A stretch of DNA of 64,000 bases from Nitrosopumilaceae archaeon (GTDB lineage Archaea > Thermoproteota > Nitrososphaeria > Nitrososphaerales > Nitrosopumilaceae), in NCBI GenBank assembly GCA_965208905.1, contig OZ242365.1:128001-192000 (forward strand), written 5' to 3'. A model generated the notes under the pieces. It made no database searches and had not been told where the DNA came from. It saw nothing but the letters and a program-made list of their open reading frames with translations. Within the stretch, counting starts at the first letter, position 1; each line of letters begins with the position of its first letter. The translations under genes were made by a program, and so were the position numbers. Positions 41,853-53,290 of this stretch are shown here, piece after piece.

Positions 41853-42065
41853 CTAGTTATTGCGACGCCATGCCAGACTCTTTTCTGCGCGACGTATTCT
41901 GCCAAATTCAAAGACATCCTCAGCTATATCATACATATTGTGTGGGGTTATCAGGGTTATTGCATCATGCTCAGCAATAATAGATTCTACCTCAAGTAAC
42001 GCTTCAATCGTTTCATCTATGATATCATTACATTCAGATATAATATTAGACCAATCAGTGTCCAT
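41853..42065 (-). CDS. Small hypothetical protein
   Basis: Abuts the LLM gene stop. Confidence 0.55.
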   Translation of the reverse strand: MDTDWSNIISECNDIIDETIEALLEVESIIAEHDAITLITPHNMYDIAEDVFEFGRIRRAEKSLAWRRNN

Positions 42066-43166
42066 CTATTTTGCAACCTGTTCCCGCAGATACGGCATTA
42101 CATGATTGGCAAACTTGTCGATGGAACCAACATACTCTCTTCCCCAGAATCGAATTACAAAGTGAGTGACTCCGGCCTTCATAAATCTCTCAAATGTGGG
42201 AATTACATCATCGGGCGTACCAATGGCAGTAGAGGATCGTGCCACATCATCGGGTAGTTTGGTGGCGGCCTCCCGCATTCGTACAATCCAGTTCGAGTCA
42301 GACATGGAATATTCAGTAAAGTATTTTCTAAAATCAAAGCCCTCTATTGATTTTAGGTTGTGGACTCTAAGTATCTCAGGTTTGAAGAGACTGACTTTGA
42401 CGGCCTCCTTCATCTTTGCCCATGACAGTTCGGCATCCTCAGAGAAGTACACATCTATATCCAGCGCCCATTGGAACCGTTCCTTGTCTTCCTCGGAGCG
42501 ATCATTTACCTCCATAGATTTTACAATTTGGCTACGATGATCTTCAAACAACTCTGGCGTATATCCTATGGGCAACCAACCATCACCCAACCTACCGGTC
42601 ATGGCCAACGTCCGTTTCCCACCAGCGGCCATATATGTTGGTATACGGGGGGCTCTTATAGATGGAGCCTGTAGACATGCAGACTGCAGCTCATAGTATT
42701 TGCCTTGATAGTCTACCAAATTGTCGGGGTTTGATTCGTATAGTTTGTGTATTACCTCTATCTGCTCTTCCCACTTACTGACTGGTGAGACAAACGGAAT
42801 GCAGAACTCTTTGAGGTTTTGTGCCTCGCCAGCACCGATTCCCAGTATGGCTCGGCCACCAGAGATGCGGTCCAAAGTTATGGCTGCCAGGGCTATATTG
42901 GATGGATGACGTCTGATGGCATCAGTAACACATGTACCTAGCTCGACATTTTTTGTAACCGCAGCAATGGCAGATAACATCACCCAGGGGTCCAATACTA
43001 TGGCTTTGCGCCACTGAGGCACGTTCGTATGATCCATATAGAATATTGAGTCATAGCCGGATTTATCAGCCAGCATGCATGCAGTTAGTATACGCTCCTC
43101 AGTGTAGCCGGCTCTTGCCACGTTTAGTCCGTTTTGGATCCCAAACTTGAGATCTACACTTGTCAT
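42066..43166 (-). CDS. LLM-class (luciferase-like, probably F420-dependent) oxidoreductase
   Basis: DH, DPW..LSAIAA.T, TLDRISGGRAILGIGAG, GDGWLP. Confidence 0.9.
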   Translation of the reverse strand: MTSVDLKFGIQNGLNVARAGYTEERILTACMLADKSGYDSIFYMDHTNVPQWRKAIVLDPWVMLSAIAAVTKNVELGTCVTDAIRRHPSNIALAAITLDRISGGRAILGIGAGEAQNLKEFCIPFVSPVSKWEEQIEVIHKLYESNPDNLVDYQGKYYELQSACLQAPSIRAPRIPTYMAAGGKRTLAMTGRLGDGWLPIGYTPELFEDHRSQIVKSMEVNDRSEEDKERFQWALDIDVYFSEDAELSWAKMKEAVKVSLFKPEILRVHNLKSIEGFDFRKYFTEYSMSDSNWIVRMREAATKLPDDVARSSTAIGTPDDVIPTFERFMKAGVTHFVIRFWGREYVGSIDKFANHVMPYLREQVAK

Positions 43167-43368
43167 AAGAGTTTTCAATTTTGTTTGTTTAAAAATCTTA
43201 GGTTATGATGGACGCAATAGCAGTAAAAACGCCTTTGAGCATATAGTGCGACATCCCTCCAAGGACAGATATACACAATATCGCATCCGTTGAGGAAACA
43301 AAACTGATTATATAATTTGGCTACATAAAAAACGAAACAATCACATATGCCAGCCAACTATACAGATC

Positions 43369-44001
43369 ATGAAACTGTTAGGCAAGCTGGAGATAAAGTC
43401 CCCAAAAAGGATAGCTAAATTTTGTGAGACAGAGCATGTGGGACGCATAGCCACGATAGACTCAGAAGGATACCCCCAAGTGATACCCATGAACTTTGTG
43501 TTTTTGGGTGGCTTTGTGTATATGCACTCGCACATACATGGTGAAAAGTTGGACAACATAGTGCGAAATGTCAAGGTAGGTTTTGAGATGGACAGGGAAC
43601 TTGAATTTTTGCCATCATACTTTACACACCCCACAGACGCATCTGTTGCGGACACACTCTACATCAGTGTGGTGATGAAAGGAGTTGCGCACATCATAAC
43701 CGACAAGGTGGAAAAATGTATGGCGCTCAACGGCCTAATGGAGAAGTATCAGCCCGAGGGCGGATACGAGCCTGTAAAACCCACTGATGACACACTACAC
43801 TATGTGACTGTAATACGAATAACGCCAAGTTCCATACAGGGCAAATACAAAATTGGTCAACATCTTCAGCCGAATGAAAGGAGATCATTGGCCCAAAAGA
43901 TACTGGAGCGCAACTCAGATACAGCCTTGGAGACATTAAATGTCATGGGGTTTGCTGTTCGTGATGGCAGTGTCATACAAACAAATGATGAAAAGTGGTA
44001 G
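43369..44001 (+). CDS. Pyridoxamine-5'-phosphate oxidase-like (NimA-type) flavin-binding protein
   Basis: GRIAT..YPQVIPMNFV, GEKLDNI, YISVV.KG, GKYKIGQ. Confidence 0.85.
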   Translation: MKLLGKLEIKSPKRIAKFCETEHVGRIATIDSEGYPQVIPMNFVFLGGFVYMHSHIHGEKLDNIVRNVKVGFEMDRELEFLPSYFTHPTDASVADTLYISVVMKGVAHIITDKVEKCMALNGLMEKYQPEGGYEPVKPTDDTLHYVTVIRITPSSIQGKYKIGQHLQPNERRSLAQKILERNSDTALETLNVMGFAVRDGSVIQTNDEKW

Positions 44002-44101
44002 CGGCGCTCGGTCAAATGCCTTATCATCATTTCATCAGGCATAACTCTGATTCCTCACGGCAGCCGTAATCATCATTGTACGACTATTAATTTAAGGTGT
44101 A

Positions 44102-44178
44102 TGGTGGGCCCGGTGGGCTTCGATCCCGCGGCTCACCGATTATGAGTCGGTTACTCTACCAAGCTGAGTTACGGGCCC
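44102..44178 (-). tRNA. tRNA with CAT anticodon, probably tRNA-Ile2 (Met not excluded); CCA encoded
   Basis: GGGCCCG/CGGGCCC acceptor stem, ACCGA-CTCATAA-TCGGT anticodon arm; one T-stem mismatch. Confidence 0.88.
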
Positions 44179-44204
44179 TAAAAATAACGAAGGCGCATTA
44201 GCTA

Positions 44205-44834
44205 TTAATTGTTGTTACAGTACTGCTCGTAGCAGGCATCCAGTAAGAGATTCTGGGCCTGTACAGACTTTGTAGCAGCATCAATGAGTATGTCATCATC
44301 AACGTCTGCAGATTTTAATATCTCACTCCAGTCTCGGGCATGCCGTATATCTGCCTCAGTATGCTGTACAAAGTACTCCACATCATCAGATATGCCATAG
44401 AACTCTTGTAGTCCCTCCAGTTTGGTTTGGCTGACTTTTGGTATCTCTTTTTCAAGTGCATACATGGCAGCTGCTGCAGCATAGAACTGGTCCGTCTGCG
44501 CATACATGATGTTTACAGCCTCTTGTGTCTTTGGCAGACCCCCATACTCTTCCAGCTCAACAGTATCAACTCCTAGTTTTGCAGCAAACTCTCTCCATAG
44601 TGGCATATGATCATACTCTTCGCGCATGTTCTGTTCCATATTATCACTATGGGGGGCCAATGGCAGTATACGCTCCATCAAATCTGGTACAGCCTTTACC
44701 ATCTGGTAATACTCTTTAGAGTATCCGGCCAACATGGGCAGTGTTAACTGACCCTCAGACCACATTGTATAGAACTTGTGTTTTAGTAGACTGTTGCGCT
44801 CTATTATATCATCTATCTGTTCTATTACATTCAT
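44205..44834 (-). CDS. PqqC/CADD/TenA-like haem-oxygenase-fold protein
   Basis: LLKHKFY.MW..G, EE..H, YF..H.EAD..H. Confidence 0.85.
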   Translation of the reverse strand: MNVIEQIDDIIERNSLLKHKFYTMWSEGQLTLPMLAGYSKEYYQMVKAVPDLMERILPLAPHSDNMEQNMREEYDHMPLWREFAAKLGVDTVELEEYGGLPKTQEAVNIMYAQTDQFYAAAAAMYALEKEIPKVSQTKLEGLQEFYGISDDVEYFVQHTEADIRHARDWSEILKSADVDDDILIDAATKSVQAQNLLLDACYEQYCNNN

Positions 44835-44975
44835 AATACAATCTTTATGCAACCATACTAAAATCTTTCCAAAATCACCAAAATATATCTGCGCAATCTA
44901 TACAATGGTGGGCACAACCCAAACGTATAGTACTACATGTGGTCGCTGGACTTTTTTTTGTATTATACAGAGATG

Positions 44976-45689
44976 TTACTTTTTTGTGGTGAGATACTCT
45001 AAAACTTGTCTCTCCAGTGTATCTCCAACTTCGTCAGCTGGAAGGTTTCCATCAATAGATACTAAATTATATTTTTTCTTTAATATTTCAAACTCCCGGG
45101 CTAATTTTTGTTGATATATAATAAACGACTCAAACATATCATCCGAGAAGCCCATATCTGCTCCAGACTCATAGTAATCTAGTTGCTGGTGCTTTTCAAA
45201 TACACGATGAACTAGCTTGAACGGATCTACATCCAAATAAAATACCAAATCCGGAACCATGGCAAAGCTATACAGCGCTGCAGACCATAAGCGGCGTATA
45301 CCACGCACAGTATTACGAGCCATCAGTGTGTAGATGTACCGATCTGCCAAGACCACATAGCCAGACTGTAATGCAGGAATTATTTTATGTTCTAATTGAG
45401 ATGCAAAATCAGCAGCATAAAACAGAGCGATAGTACGTTTGCCCAGTGTGATGTTGCGCTTTGCCTCTAGGATTCCATCGCCAATAAGTTGGGAGTGTCT
45501 TAAACCAGTATTCAAGACTGCAAATCCGCGAGCCTCCAACTTTGATGTCAATCGCTCAACCTGCGTACTGCGACCTGATGCATCCGGACCCTCTATAACA
45601 ATGAGTTGTCCTGTTATCTTGGTATCTGCAAGGTAAGGTATGCCGCCGGTACTTCCATACCATTTTGGAAGTTTAGGTGTTTGAGACAT
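44976..45689 (-). CDS. tmk: Thymidylate kinase-like (paralogue 2)
   Basis: IEGPDASGRST, LADRY. Confidence 0.8.
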   Translation of the reverse strand: MSQTPKLPKWYGSTGGIPYLADTKITGQLIVIEGPDASGRSTQVERLTSKLEARGFAVLNTGLRHSQLIGDGILEAKRNITLGKRTIALFYAADFASQLEHKIIPALQSGYVVLADRYIYTLMARNTVRGIRRLWSAALYSFAMVPDLVFYLDVDPFKLVHRVFEKHQQLDYYESGADMGFSDDMFESFIIYQQKLAREFEILKKKYNLVSIDGNLPADEVGDTLERQVLEYLTTKK

Positions 45690-45690
45690 T

Positions 45691-46365
45691 TTAGTATATG
45701 TCCACCTCTTCTGAAATTGTACCAAGCTTATCTAGTACTATGCGACGCATAATTTTTTGTTGTGCCTGAATACCCAGTGTAGCATCTATAACAGCAAAAT
45801 TCTCTCGTTTCTTCATTAATTCGTATTGGTGGATTATGCGACTCTGAAACAACCTATAACTCTCATATGGATCCCGACTCAATCCCAAATCCATTCCTGC
45901 TTCATAATATTTCAGTTTGGGCCTATTGGACAGTATACGATCCATGGATACATCTATGGGAACCCTAAAGTAGAATGCAATATCTGGTTTTAGTGCAAAA
46001 TCATAGAGTTTACGTATCCATGTGGGGTTGCAGCCCCGGGTCACGTCACGGGAGTAAGCAGTGTATATGTAGCGGTCTGCCAACACAAAGTAACCAGAAC
46101 GAAGTAATGGCATAATATTTCGCTCAAATCTATCTGCAAAATCAGTGGCGTGTAACAGACTAAATGTTGTGGGGGTGAGATTTGTCTTCTTTTTGGCTTT
46201 TGATGTTATTGACTTTACCATGGCAGATGAGTTCCATTCGGTAAGAAATACATCCATCCCATAAAACCGCAACCATTTTTCCAGCAGACGAATTTGTGTA
46301 GATTTACCCGATCCGTCAATACCCTCCACAACTATCAGTTTTCCCGGTATACCATATTCTTTCAT
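45691..46365 (-). CDS. tmk: Thymidylate kinase
   Basis: VEGIDGSGKSTQ, LADRY. Confidence 0.9.
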   Translation of the reverse strand: MKEYGIPGKLIVVEGIDGSGKSTQIRLLEKWLRFYGMDVFLTEWNSSAMVKSITSKAKKKTNLTPTTFSLLHATDFADRFERNIMPLLRSGYFVLADRYIYTAYSRDVTRGCNPTWIRKLYDFALKPDIAFYFRVPIDVSMDRILSNRPKLKYYEAGMDLGLSRDPYESYRLFQSRIIHQYELMKKRENFAVIDATLGIQAQQKIMRRIVLDKLGTISEEVDIY

Positions 46366-46715
46366 CCATTTAGAGGGCAGTAATTATACATCATATGGCC
46401 CTTAAAAAAACTTTTCAGTACATCTAGAGAGAATTATATCAAAAGGTAGAACCCCTCTGTGCAGATGGTTTGATGTGGCGTCTATCTTTTATCACATATA
46501 ATTAGTAAATGTATTAATGTCTAGAAATGGAGATCTTAATAATGTACACATAAAAACCTCAACCGTTAAAAGCCTCAATCAACAAAAGCAGTCATTCGGT
46601 GTAAATCTGGATACAATAAAATTTTAATTATTAAAAAATTAGGATTTAATTGGATAGATGCCATATTCAAGACAATTTAGAATAGATTTATTTCCAATAA
46701 CATACTAGAGCGAGT

Positions 46716-48062
46716 ATGGCTATTCTACCAATCGACGGCGGAAGATACGGAACCACCGAGATGTTGGCCATATTTGATGAGCAGAGGCGGGTAGACTATC
46801 AGATACAGATAGAGGGTGCAGTCGCCAGTGCTCAGGGAGTTCTAGACATAATACCACAGGAAGCCGCCAAAAACATCACCAAAGTGGCAACACTGGGCAG
46901 GGTAACTACAAAACGGATAGCAGAGTTGGAGGCCAAAAGCGATCATGATACTGCGGCGCTAGTTGAGGCGCTAGCCGAGTTGTGCGCAAAGACGGCAAGA
47001 CCATGGATACATTATGGGCTCACCAGCAATGATCTGGTGGACACCTGTACATCCATGCAGATGAGGGACGCTCTAAACATAATCATACCAAAAGCCATCA
47101 AGCTGGCCCACAGTCTCATACATATGGCTGAGACACACGCCAAACTACCAGCGGTGGGTCGAACACATGGACAGCATGCCAGCATCATATCATTTGGTTT
47201 AAAGTTTGCAAATTGGGCAGAAGAGATAGCCGTGCATGTCGAAAGACTGCGCAGTGCATCAAAGCGTGTCAGCATATGTAAAACTTTAGGGGTTGTGGGG
47301 ACCGGCTCGTTGATGGGCCAGAATGCATTGGTGGTACAAGACATGGTGGCCAAAACGCTGAATCTGAGTCCCATCATGGTGGCGACACAGATAATCCCCC
47401 GAGAAAGGTATGCCGAGTACATATTTTCCCTAGCATTATTAGGGTCAACGCTGGACAAGATTGCTCTGGAGATAAGAAACCTACAAAGAACCGAGATCAA
47501 TGAGGTGGCAGAGCAGTTTAAGCAGGGACAGATGGGCAGTAGTGCCGTTCCTGTAAAGCGCAACCCCATAAAGTCTGAGAGGATATCATCATTAGCAAAG
47601 CTACTACGAGGACAGGTGGGTACTGCATTTGAGAATATAGCACTTTGGCACGAGCGAGATCTCACCAACTCGGCCAATGAAAGGTTCACCATACCCACCG
47701 CATCAATCCTACTAGATGAGATGCTAGAGAGTATTTTGCGCATAATACCAACCATGGTTATAAACAAGGACAAAATAACTGAAAATCTAAACATTACACA
47801 GGGCCACATATTTGCCGAATTTGTAATGGGCGCATTAATAAAGAGAGGCATCTCTCGAATGAGCGCTTATAGAGCCGTGCAGAGTGTAGCCTTTGAGGCG
47901 CTAAAGACAGATATTCATCTTCGGGACGCACTGATGCAAGATCCTACAATATCTCAAAGCCTGAGTATACATGATTTAAACATGATATTTGATCCATCCA
48001 CACGGTTGGGAGCCTCACTATCCATAATACACAATGTATCTGAACATGTAAAAAGGCTATGA
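46716..48062 (+). CDS. purB: Adenylosuccinate lyase
   Basis: HYGLTSND, GRTHGQHA, GSSAVPVKRNP, HERDL. Confidence 0.95.
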   Translation: MAILPIDGGRYGTTEMLAIFDEQRRVDYQIQIEGAVASAQGVLDIIPQEAAKNITKVATLGRVTTKRIAELEAKSDHDTAALVEALAELCAKTARPWIHYGLTSNDLVDTCTSMQMRDALNIIIPKAIKLAHSLIHMAETHAKLPAVGRTHGQHASIISFGLKFANWAEEIAVHVERLRSASKRVSICKTLGVVGTGSLMGQNALVVQDMVAKTLNLSPIMVATQIIPRERYAEYIFSLALLGSTLDKIALEIRNLQRTEINEVAEQFKQGQMGSSAVPVKRNPIKSERISSLAKLLRGQVGTAFENIALWHERDLTNSANERFTIPTASILLDEMLESILRIIPTMVINKDKITENLNITQGHIFAEFVMGALIKRGISRMSAYRAVQSVAFEALKTDIHLRDALMQDPTISQSLSIHDLNMIFDPSTRLGASLSIIHNVSEHVKRL

Positions 48063-48776
48063 AATCATATGATGATGTATTCGAGTGCCATATTGTAGAG
48101 CTTTTTTACGCTTGTAACAGACATCATGTGGCAGTCCCATCTGTTCTGCAGCAGCTCGTATAGCATGCTTTCTGGTATAATCATCAGTGCCCCGTATTTT
48201 ATCGTATAATGGTATGGTAAAAGAGTAGTCGATAAAATCTTGGCTCAAAAATGGATGATGCATGGTAATATTACATATTTTAGATATTATACGTAACATT
48301 GCAACTTCATTGGATATTTTATCATGCATTACAGATAAAATGGCATCAATGCCCCTGTCGCATATACGTCGATACACATCATACCCACAGTACAACTCAT
48401 CAACTCCGTTGGCGGTAATTATTGCGTTTAAATTATATTTTTTTGCCAGTTTAGAGACAAAATAAAATGCTATACAATTCTCATGCCAGGATAATGACTT
48501 TTTACCTATTTTATCGTGTATGATACTGCGGATGTGATCAAACTCGTCTCTCTGTATTACATGTATGTGATGTGGCAGTTTGAGTATGCTAGACACTTTT
48601 TTACTATACTCTACATCATGACTGTTATCAAAACCCACCGTCAGCAGAGTTATATCACAATCACACATATGACATAGCCTGGCTAATGCGGCGCTATCCA
48701 CACCTCCAGAGAAAGCCACCCCAACACTATACTTGACATCGCATGCACAAAGGGCCTGACGCATTGCATCATACAT
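48057..48776 (-). CDS. Asparagine synthase C-terminal-domain protein
   Basis: [26 protein letters not shown]. Confidence 0.85.
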   Translation of the reverse strand: MYDAMRQALCACDVKYSVGVAFSGGVDSAALARLCHMCDCDITLLTVGFDNSHDVEYSKKVSSILKLPHHIHVIQRDEFDHIRSIIHDKIGKKSLSWHENCIAFYFVSKLAKKYNLNAIITANGVDELYCGYDVYRRICDRGIDAILSVMHDKISNEVAMLRIISKICNITMHHPFLSQDFIDYSFTIPLYDKIRGTDDYTRKHAIRAAAEQMGLPHDVCYKRKKALQYGTRIHHHMIS

Positions 48777-48817
48777 TAGGCTCCTTTAAATTTGGGCCCT
48801 CATATATTACCAGTATA

Positions 48818-49081
48818 ATGAGGAGATTAGACCACATACCACTAGATACGCTGAATGGTTGGAGCATACAGAACGAAAAACTGCACAAAGACTTTGAGTT
48901 TAAGGACTTTAAAGAGGCATTTGAGTTCATGGTGCGTGTAGCCGACATGGCTGAAGATATGAACCATCATCCAGAGTGGTTCAACGTATACAATAAGGTA
49001 TCAATAGATCTGACAACTCATGATGCAGGCGGTATAACTACCAACGATGTAGAGTTTGCCAAGAGGGTAAACCAGATATAG
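48818..49081 (+). CDS. Pterin-4-alpha-carbinolamine dehydratase
   Basis: [21 protein letters not shown]. Confidence 0.95.
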   Translation: MRRLDHIPLDTLNGWSIQNEKLHKDFEFKDFKEAFEFMVRVADMAEDMNHHPEWFNVYNKVSIDLTTHDAGGITTNDVEFAKRVNQI

Positions 49082-49149
49082 ATTAGGTTTGGGAATTGTA
49101 TCAGAAGGCGGGAATTTGCGTACCGATGCCTAACTATCAGGCGTGAAGA

Positions 49150-49460
49150 TTTTTTCAGATCCGACCTAACAACTCTATTGTTGGGAAATCTGATGGTACA
49201 ATCGCCATGCTGACACTTCGTGAAAAAGATACCCTGCGTAATATTGCACGGATTCAGAAAAAGATGTCTCGTTGTAGGCGTGGCTCCCATAAGTGGTGTA
49301 GATTACACGCGCAGTTACAAAGCGTTTACAAAAAGATGGGAAACAAGCAGACAGATAGGTTGCGCAACTTCTCCAAAAAGTTGATGATACAGTGTGATAA
49401 GTTAATCATGGAGGGCATGAATTTGGCGACGATGGCCAGAAAGGGGCCCTCTGAATGGCA
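49150..49460 (+). pseudogene. IS200/IS605 tnpB internal remnant
   Basis: 'RIQKKMSRCRRGSHKW...SKKL...LIMEGMN'; RuvC I and III missing. Confidence 0.75.
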
Positions 49461-49575
49461 TAGGGACCGTTCCTCGTGGACAGAACTAACGCCAACATCA
49501 CTCGAAAGAGTGGTTATGTCTACTTAAAGATATAATTCCTTTATGTTTTATATTATCGTGTAACGGCCTCTATTT

Positions 49576-50385
49576 ATGACCACCACAGATATCATAGATG
49601 CGGATTTCAAGTATGTCGACCAAGAAGGAAACTTAATGAGATCCCGTACAGAGTTATCGGTGGCAAAGTTGCTCTCCTTTCTAAACAAACCATACAAACA
49701 TAATTACATAATACCTGGACAGCCGCCGCTGGTGGCAAATTTTAAAACTCCAGATGGGTACATACAGATTCTTGATGATGAGTCAGATATAGCAGCATAT
49801 TTGAATATAAAAGAGCGACTAGGCAATGAAAGAGTAATCGCCATGGGCCATCCGCGATTAGCATCCAAAATCAGAGAGATGGATGATGTCATATTGTATA
49901 ATAATGCTCCAGAGACCGGTTCCATATTTTTGGAGGACTCATCATTTGCATTTGACTATTCACATATTCTACCGCTGGAGAAAAAATGCTCCATACTACA
50001 TGGACACACATCATCTGTGATGGTAGAGATGACTGGTAGCATGAAAGACAACCTGTTGATAGACTTTGCAGAGGCTAAAAGAATTGTTAAAGATGTTATT
50101 AGTATTTTTGATCATAAATTTCTCATAAATAAAAAATATCTGATATCTCAAACCCAGCAACACTACAGAATTGCATTTGATGGGCCAAAAGGAACATTTG
50201 ATCTGCAGTTACCTAAGCATACAACATGTCTGCTAGAAGGAGAGGTTACCGTTGAGAATCTTGCAGCCGAGATAATCAGACGAATGGCGCCTGCCCTTCC
50301 CAAGAATATAGAGGGTGTGGGCGTATACATATACGAAGGGTACAACAAGGGCGCCCATATAATATCCAGAATTCCGGTGAGATAG
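49576..50385 (+). CDS. queD: 6-pyruvoyl/6-carboxy-tetrahydropterin synthase-like protein with extra N-terminal domain
   Basis: SHILP...CSILHGH, IDF, FDHK, TVENLA. Confidence 0.8.
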   Translation: MTTTDIIDADFKYVDQEGNLMRSRTELSVAKLLSFLNKPYKHNYIIPGQPPLVANFKTPDGYIQILDDESDIAAYLNIKERLGNERVIAMGHPRLASKIREMDDVILYNNAPETGSIFLEDSSFAFDYSHILPLEKKCSILHGHTSSVMVEMTGSMKDNLLIDFAEAKRIVKDVISIFDHKFLINKKYLISQTQQHYRIAFDGPKGTFDLQLPKHTTCLLEGEVTVENLAAEIIRRMAPALPKNIEGVGVYIYEGYNKGAHIISRIPVR

Positions 50386-52692
50386 ATGGCAATAGATGCC
50401 AAAGCATGGGATCCGAATATTGAAAAAGAGATTCTCCAGCGATGGAAGAGTGATGCAGATTACACGCCCGAGGCTGACTCTTACTTTACCATAGATACGC
50501 CCCCGCCATACCCATCAGGAAGACCCTGGCATATAGGGGCTGCTGCGCACTATGCGCAGATTGACATGATAGCCCGTACCGCCCGAATGAGTGGTAATGC
50601 AGTGTATTTTCCCATAGGTATCGACAGAAATGGACTGCCTGTAGAGATTTACACTGAAAAGAAGCTAAAGATTCGCATGAGGGACACTCCACGAGAGAAG
50701 TTTCTTGAGATGTGTAGAGAGTCACTAGATGAGTTAGAGGGCGAGATGGTCCAAATAATGGAGAGTCTTGGTCTAAGTGGCGATATAAAGAACAGATACA
50801 AGACTGACACTCCAGAGTACAGGGCCCTGACACAGGCCACGTTTATAGAACTATGGAATAAGGGGCGCATATATCAGGCTACCCGCCCAAATAATTACGA
50901 CTGGGCTTCTGGTACCACCATAGCTGATGCAGAAATCACATATCAGGACATACCAACAAAGTTAGTCTCCATGAAGTTTGCCGTTGAGGATACAGATATC
51001 ATAATTGCCAGTACAAGGCCCGAGTTGTTGTGCGCCTGCCAAGTCATCATAGTCAATCCAGAGGATACTCGATATAAGAGATACATAGGAAGAAAGGCCA
51101 AGGTTCCCATCTTTGGTCATGAGGTGGAGATTAAGGCTCATCCGTCGGCAAAGATAGAGTTTGGGTCGGGTGCAGTTATGGTGTGTAGTTATGGTGATCA
51201 AAACGATGTAATGTTGTTCCGAGAGATGAACTTGACCGAGATCATATCCATAGGGACCGATGGGCGCATGACCAAAGCCGCGGGAGCATATGCAGGATTG
51301 CGCCCAAAGCAGGCGCGCGCCGCCATAATACAAGACATGAAAGATGAGAACATAATAAAAGATATTCAAGATATAGTACATCGTACACCACTCTCAGAAC
51401 GCAGTAAGACTCCCATAGAGATAATCCCCATGGATGAGTACTACATGAGACAGAAAGACTCCATAGAGAGACTTCGCATGTTAGGGGACGAGATACAGTT
51501 TCATCCGCCGATGCACCATCAAATACTGATAAATTGGCTGAATTCAATAAATATAGACTGGCCCATATCCCGGCGAAGATATTATGGTACCGAAGTTCCC
51601 ATATGGCATTGTAGTAAGTGTAACCATCCATATCTTCCGCCACCAGGCAAGTACTATCAGCCTTGGCGGCAGAAGTGTCCTGCCAAATATTGCATAAAAT
51701 GTAAAAATAGTGAGTTCATTGGTGAGAGTCGCACATTTGATACATGGATGGACTCTAGTGTATCGCCCCTCTTCATATCCAAGTATTATGATAAAGATGA
51801 TACATTCTTCAAAAAGGCGTATCCAGCAGCCATTAGGCCTCAATCAAAGGATATAGTCAGAACCTGGTTATACTACACACTGTTAAGGTGTGATGCGCTG
51901 ACCGGTGAGAAGCCATGGTCAGATGCATGGATTATGGGTTATGGTGTAGATGAGAGAGGTTTGAAGATGAGTAAGAGTAAGGGCAATGCTATTGATCCAC
52001 TACCTGTGATCCAAAAATATGGTGCAGATGCCTTCAGACTGTGGAGCGCCAGTGAGGTAAACCACGGATATGACTTTCGATGTAACGAGCAAAAGATACA
52101 GTCCACAAAAAAATTCCTAAGTAAATTATGGAATATTTCTAGATTTTTATCCGAATTTCCTATTGTGTCATCAGCAAGTCTGGAAGAGACAGATAGATGG
52201 ATAATACAAGAATCGGATGACTTGATAAAAAAATGCATGAAAGGCTACAAAGAATATAACTTCTTTATGCCGGCCATAGCTGTGCGCGAATTTACCTGGA
52301 ATGTATTTGCAGCGCATTATATAGAGATGGTAAAACGGCGAGCACGTGGAGAGGGATTTACTACACAACAGAGGGATGCTGCTCGATACACACTACATTA
52401 TGTGTTGCGTGTAGTACTAAAGTTACTAGCACCCATTATACCATTTATTACAGAATATATCTGGGGGGCAATATATTCAGAGAGTAGTATACATAAAGAG
52501 AGTCATCCTGAGCCATTAAACCACATGTATGATACAGCAGATACGGTAGATATTATATCATTTAATTCGCAGGTCTGGAACGAGAAAAAATCTAAAAATC
52601 TCTCCTTAAAGGACGATATAAGTATCGATATACCATCAAATCTTCAAGGCATGGAGTTGGACTTGAGGGCCATGCACAATATTATTTTGTAG
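50386..52692 (+). CDS. valS: Valine--tRNA ligase
   Basis: IDTPPPY, HIGA, DWPISR, DTWMDSS, KMSKS. Confidence 0.95.
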   Translation: MAIDAKAWDPNIEKEILQRWKSDADYTPEADSYFTIDTPPPYPSGRPWHIGAAAHYAQIDMIARTARMSGNAVYFPIGIDRNGLPVEIYTEKKLKIRMRDTPREKFLEMCRESLDELEGEMVQIMESLGLSGDIKNRYKTDTPEYRALTQATFIELWNKGRIYQATRPNNYDWASGTTIADAEITYQDIPTKLVSMKFAVEDTDIIIASTRPELLCACQVIIVNPEDTRYKRYIGRKAKVPIFGHEVEIKAHPSAKIEFGSGAVMVCSYGDQNDVMLFREMNLTEIISIGTDGRMTKAAGAYAGLRPKQARAAIIQDMKDENIIKDIQDIVHRTPLSERSKTPIEIIPMDEYYMRQKDSIERLRMLGDEIQFHPPMHHQILINWLNSINIDWPISRRRYYGTEVPIWHCSKCNHPYLPPPGKYYQPWRQKCPAKYCIKCKNSEFIGESRTFDTWMDSSVSPLFISKYYDKDDTFFKKAYPAAIRPQSKDIVRTWLYYTLLRCDALTGEKPWSDAWIMGYGVDERGLKMSKSKGNAIDPLPVIQKYGADAFRLWSASEVNHGYDFRCNEQKIQSTKKFLSKLWNISRFLSEFPIVSSASLEETDRWIIQESDDLIKKCMKGYKEYNFFMPAIAVREFTWNVFAAHYIEMVKRRARGEGFTTQQRDAARYTLHYVLRVVLKLLAPIIPFITEYIWGAIYSESSIHKESHPEPLNHMYDTADTVDIISFNSQVWNEKKSKNLSLKDDISIDIPSNLQGMELDLRAMHNIIL

Positions 52693-53290
52693 CCATTCGT
52701 ATCAGATATTCGTGAAGTTCCGTACTCCCGGATAGTTCAGGATGAAATGATGTTCCAATTATGTTGTCTCGTCTTACGGCAACAATTCGATTATCATATA
52801 CGGATATTACATCTATATCCGGACTGACCGCAGTTATCGATGGTGCGCGAATAAAGACGCCAGGAAAGTCTGCGATTCCCAAAGGTTCCAAAGAGAGTGT
52901 GGTCTCAAAAGAGTCGCGTTGGCGTCCAAAGGAGTTTCGCTCCAGTTTTATATCCAAAACTTTGAGTAATGGTTGGCCGGTACCGCCCAGCATTCTATCT
53001 GTGACATCACCCGCCAACAATATCAAACCCGCACATACTCCCAAAGTTGGCATACCGCCGCGTATACGCTCGCCCAAAGTTGCCAGTGTATCGCCGGCTA
53101 GTGTCAACAGTCCTATTGTAGTGCTCTCGCCGCCAGGTATTATCATAACATCAACATCAGATATTGCCGATGGCGTCTTTACTGGGATTACATCACCAGA
53201 GATGTTCATCTCGTTTAATGCTTCATGTGAGGCGACCACATTCTCGTATACATCACCTTGTACAGATAGTACTCCCACTGTAACGCTCAT
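52682..53290 (-). CDS. pdxT: PLP synthase glutaminase subunit
   Basis: PGGEST, GVCAG, RNSFGRQ, FIRAP, FHPE. Confidence 0.97.
   Translation of the reverse strand: MSVTVGVLSVQGDVYENVVASHEALNEMNISGDVIPVKTPSAISDVDVMIIPGGESTTIGLLTLAGDTLATLGERIRGGMPTLGVCAGLILLAGDVTDRMLGGTGQPLLKVLDIKLERNSFGRQRDSFETTLSLEPLGIADFPGVFIRAPSITAVSPDIDVISVYDNRIVAVRRDNIIGTSFHPELSGSTELHEYLIRMATK

Noticed and set aside
44976-46365. Tandem tmk paralogues as a novelty
   Set aside because: To my knowledge a common arrangement in thaumarchaea
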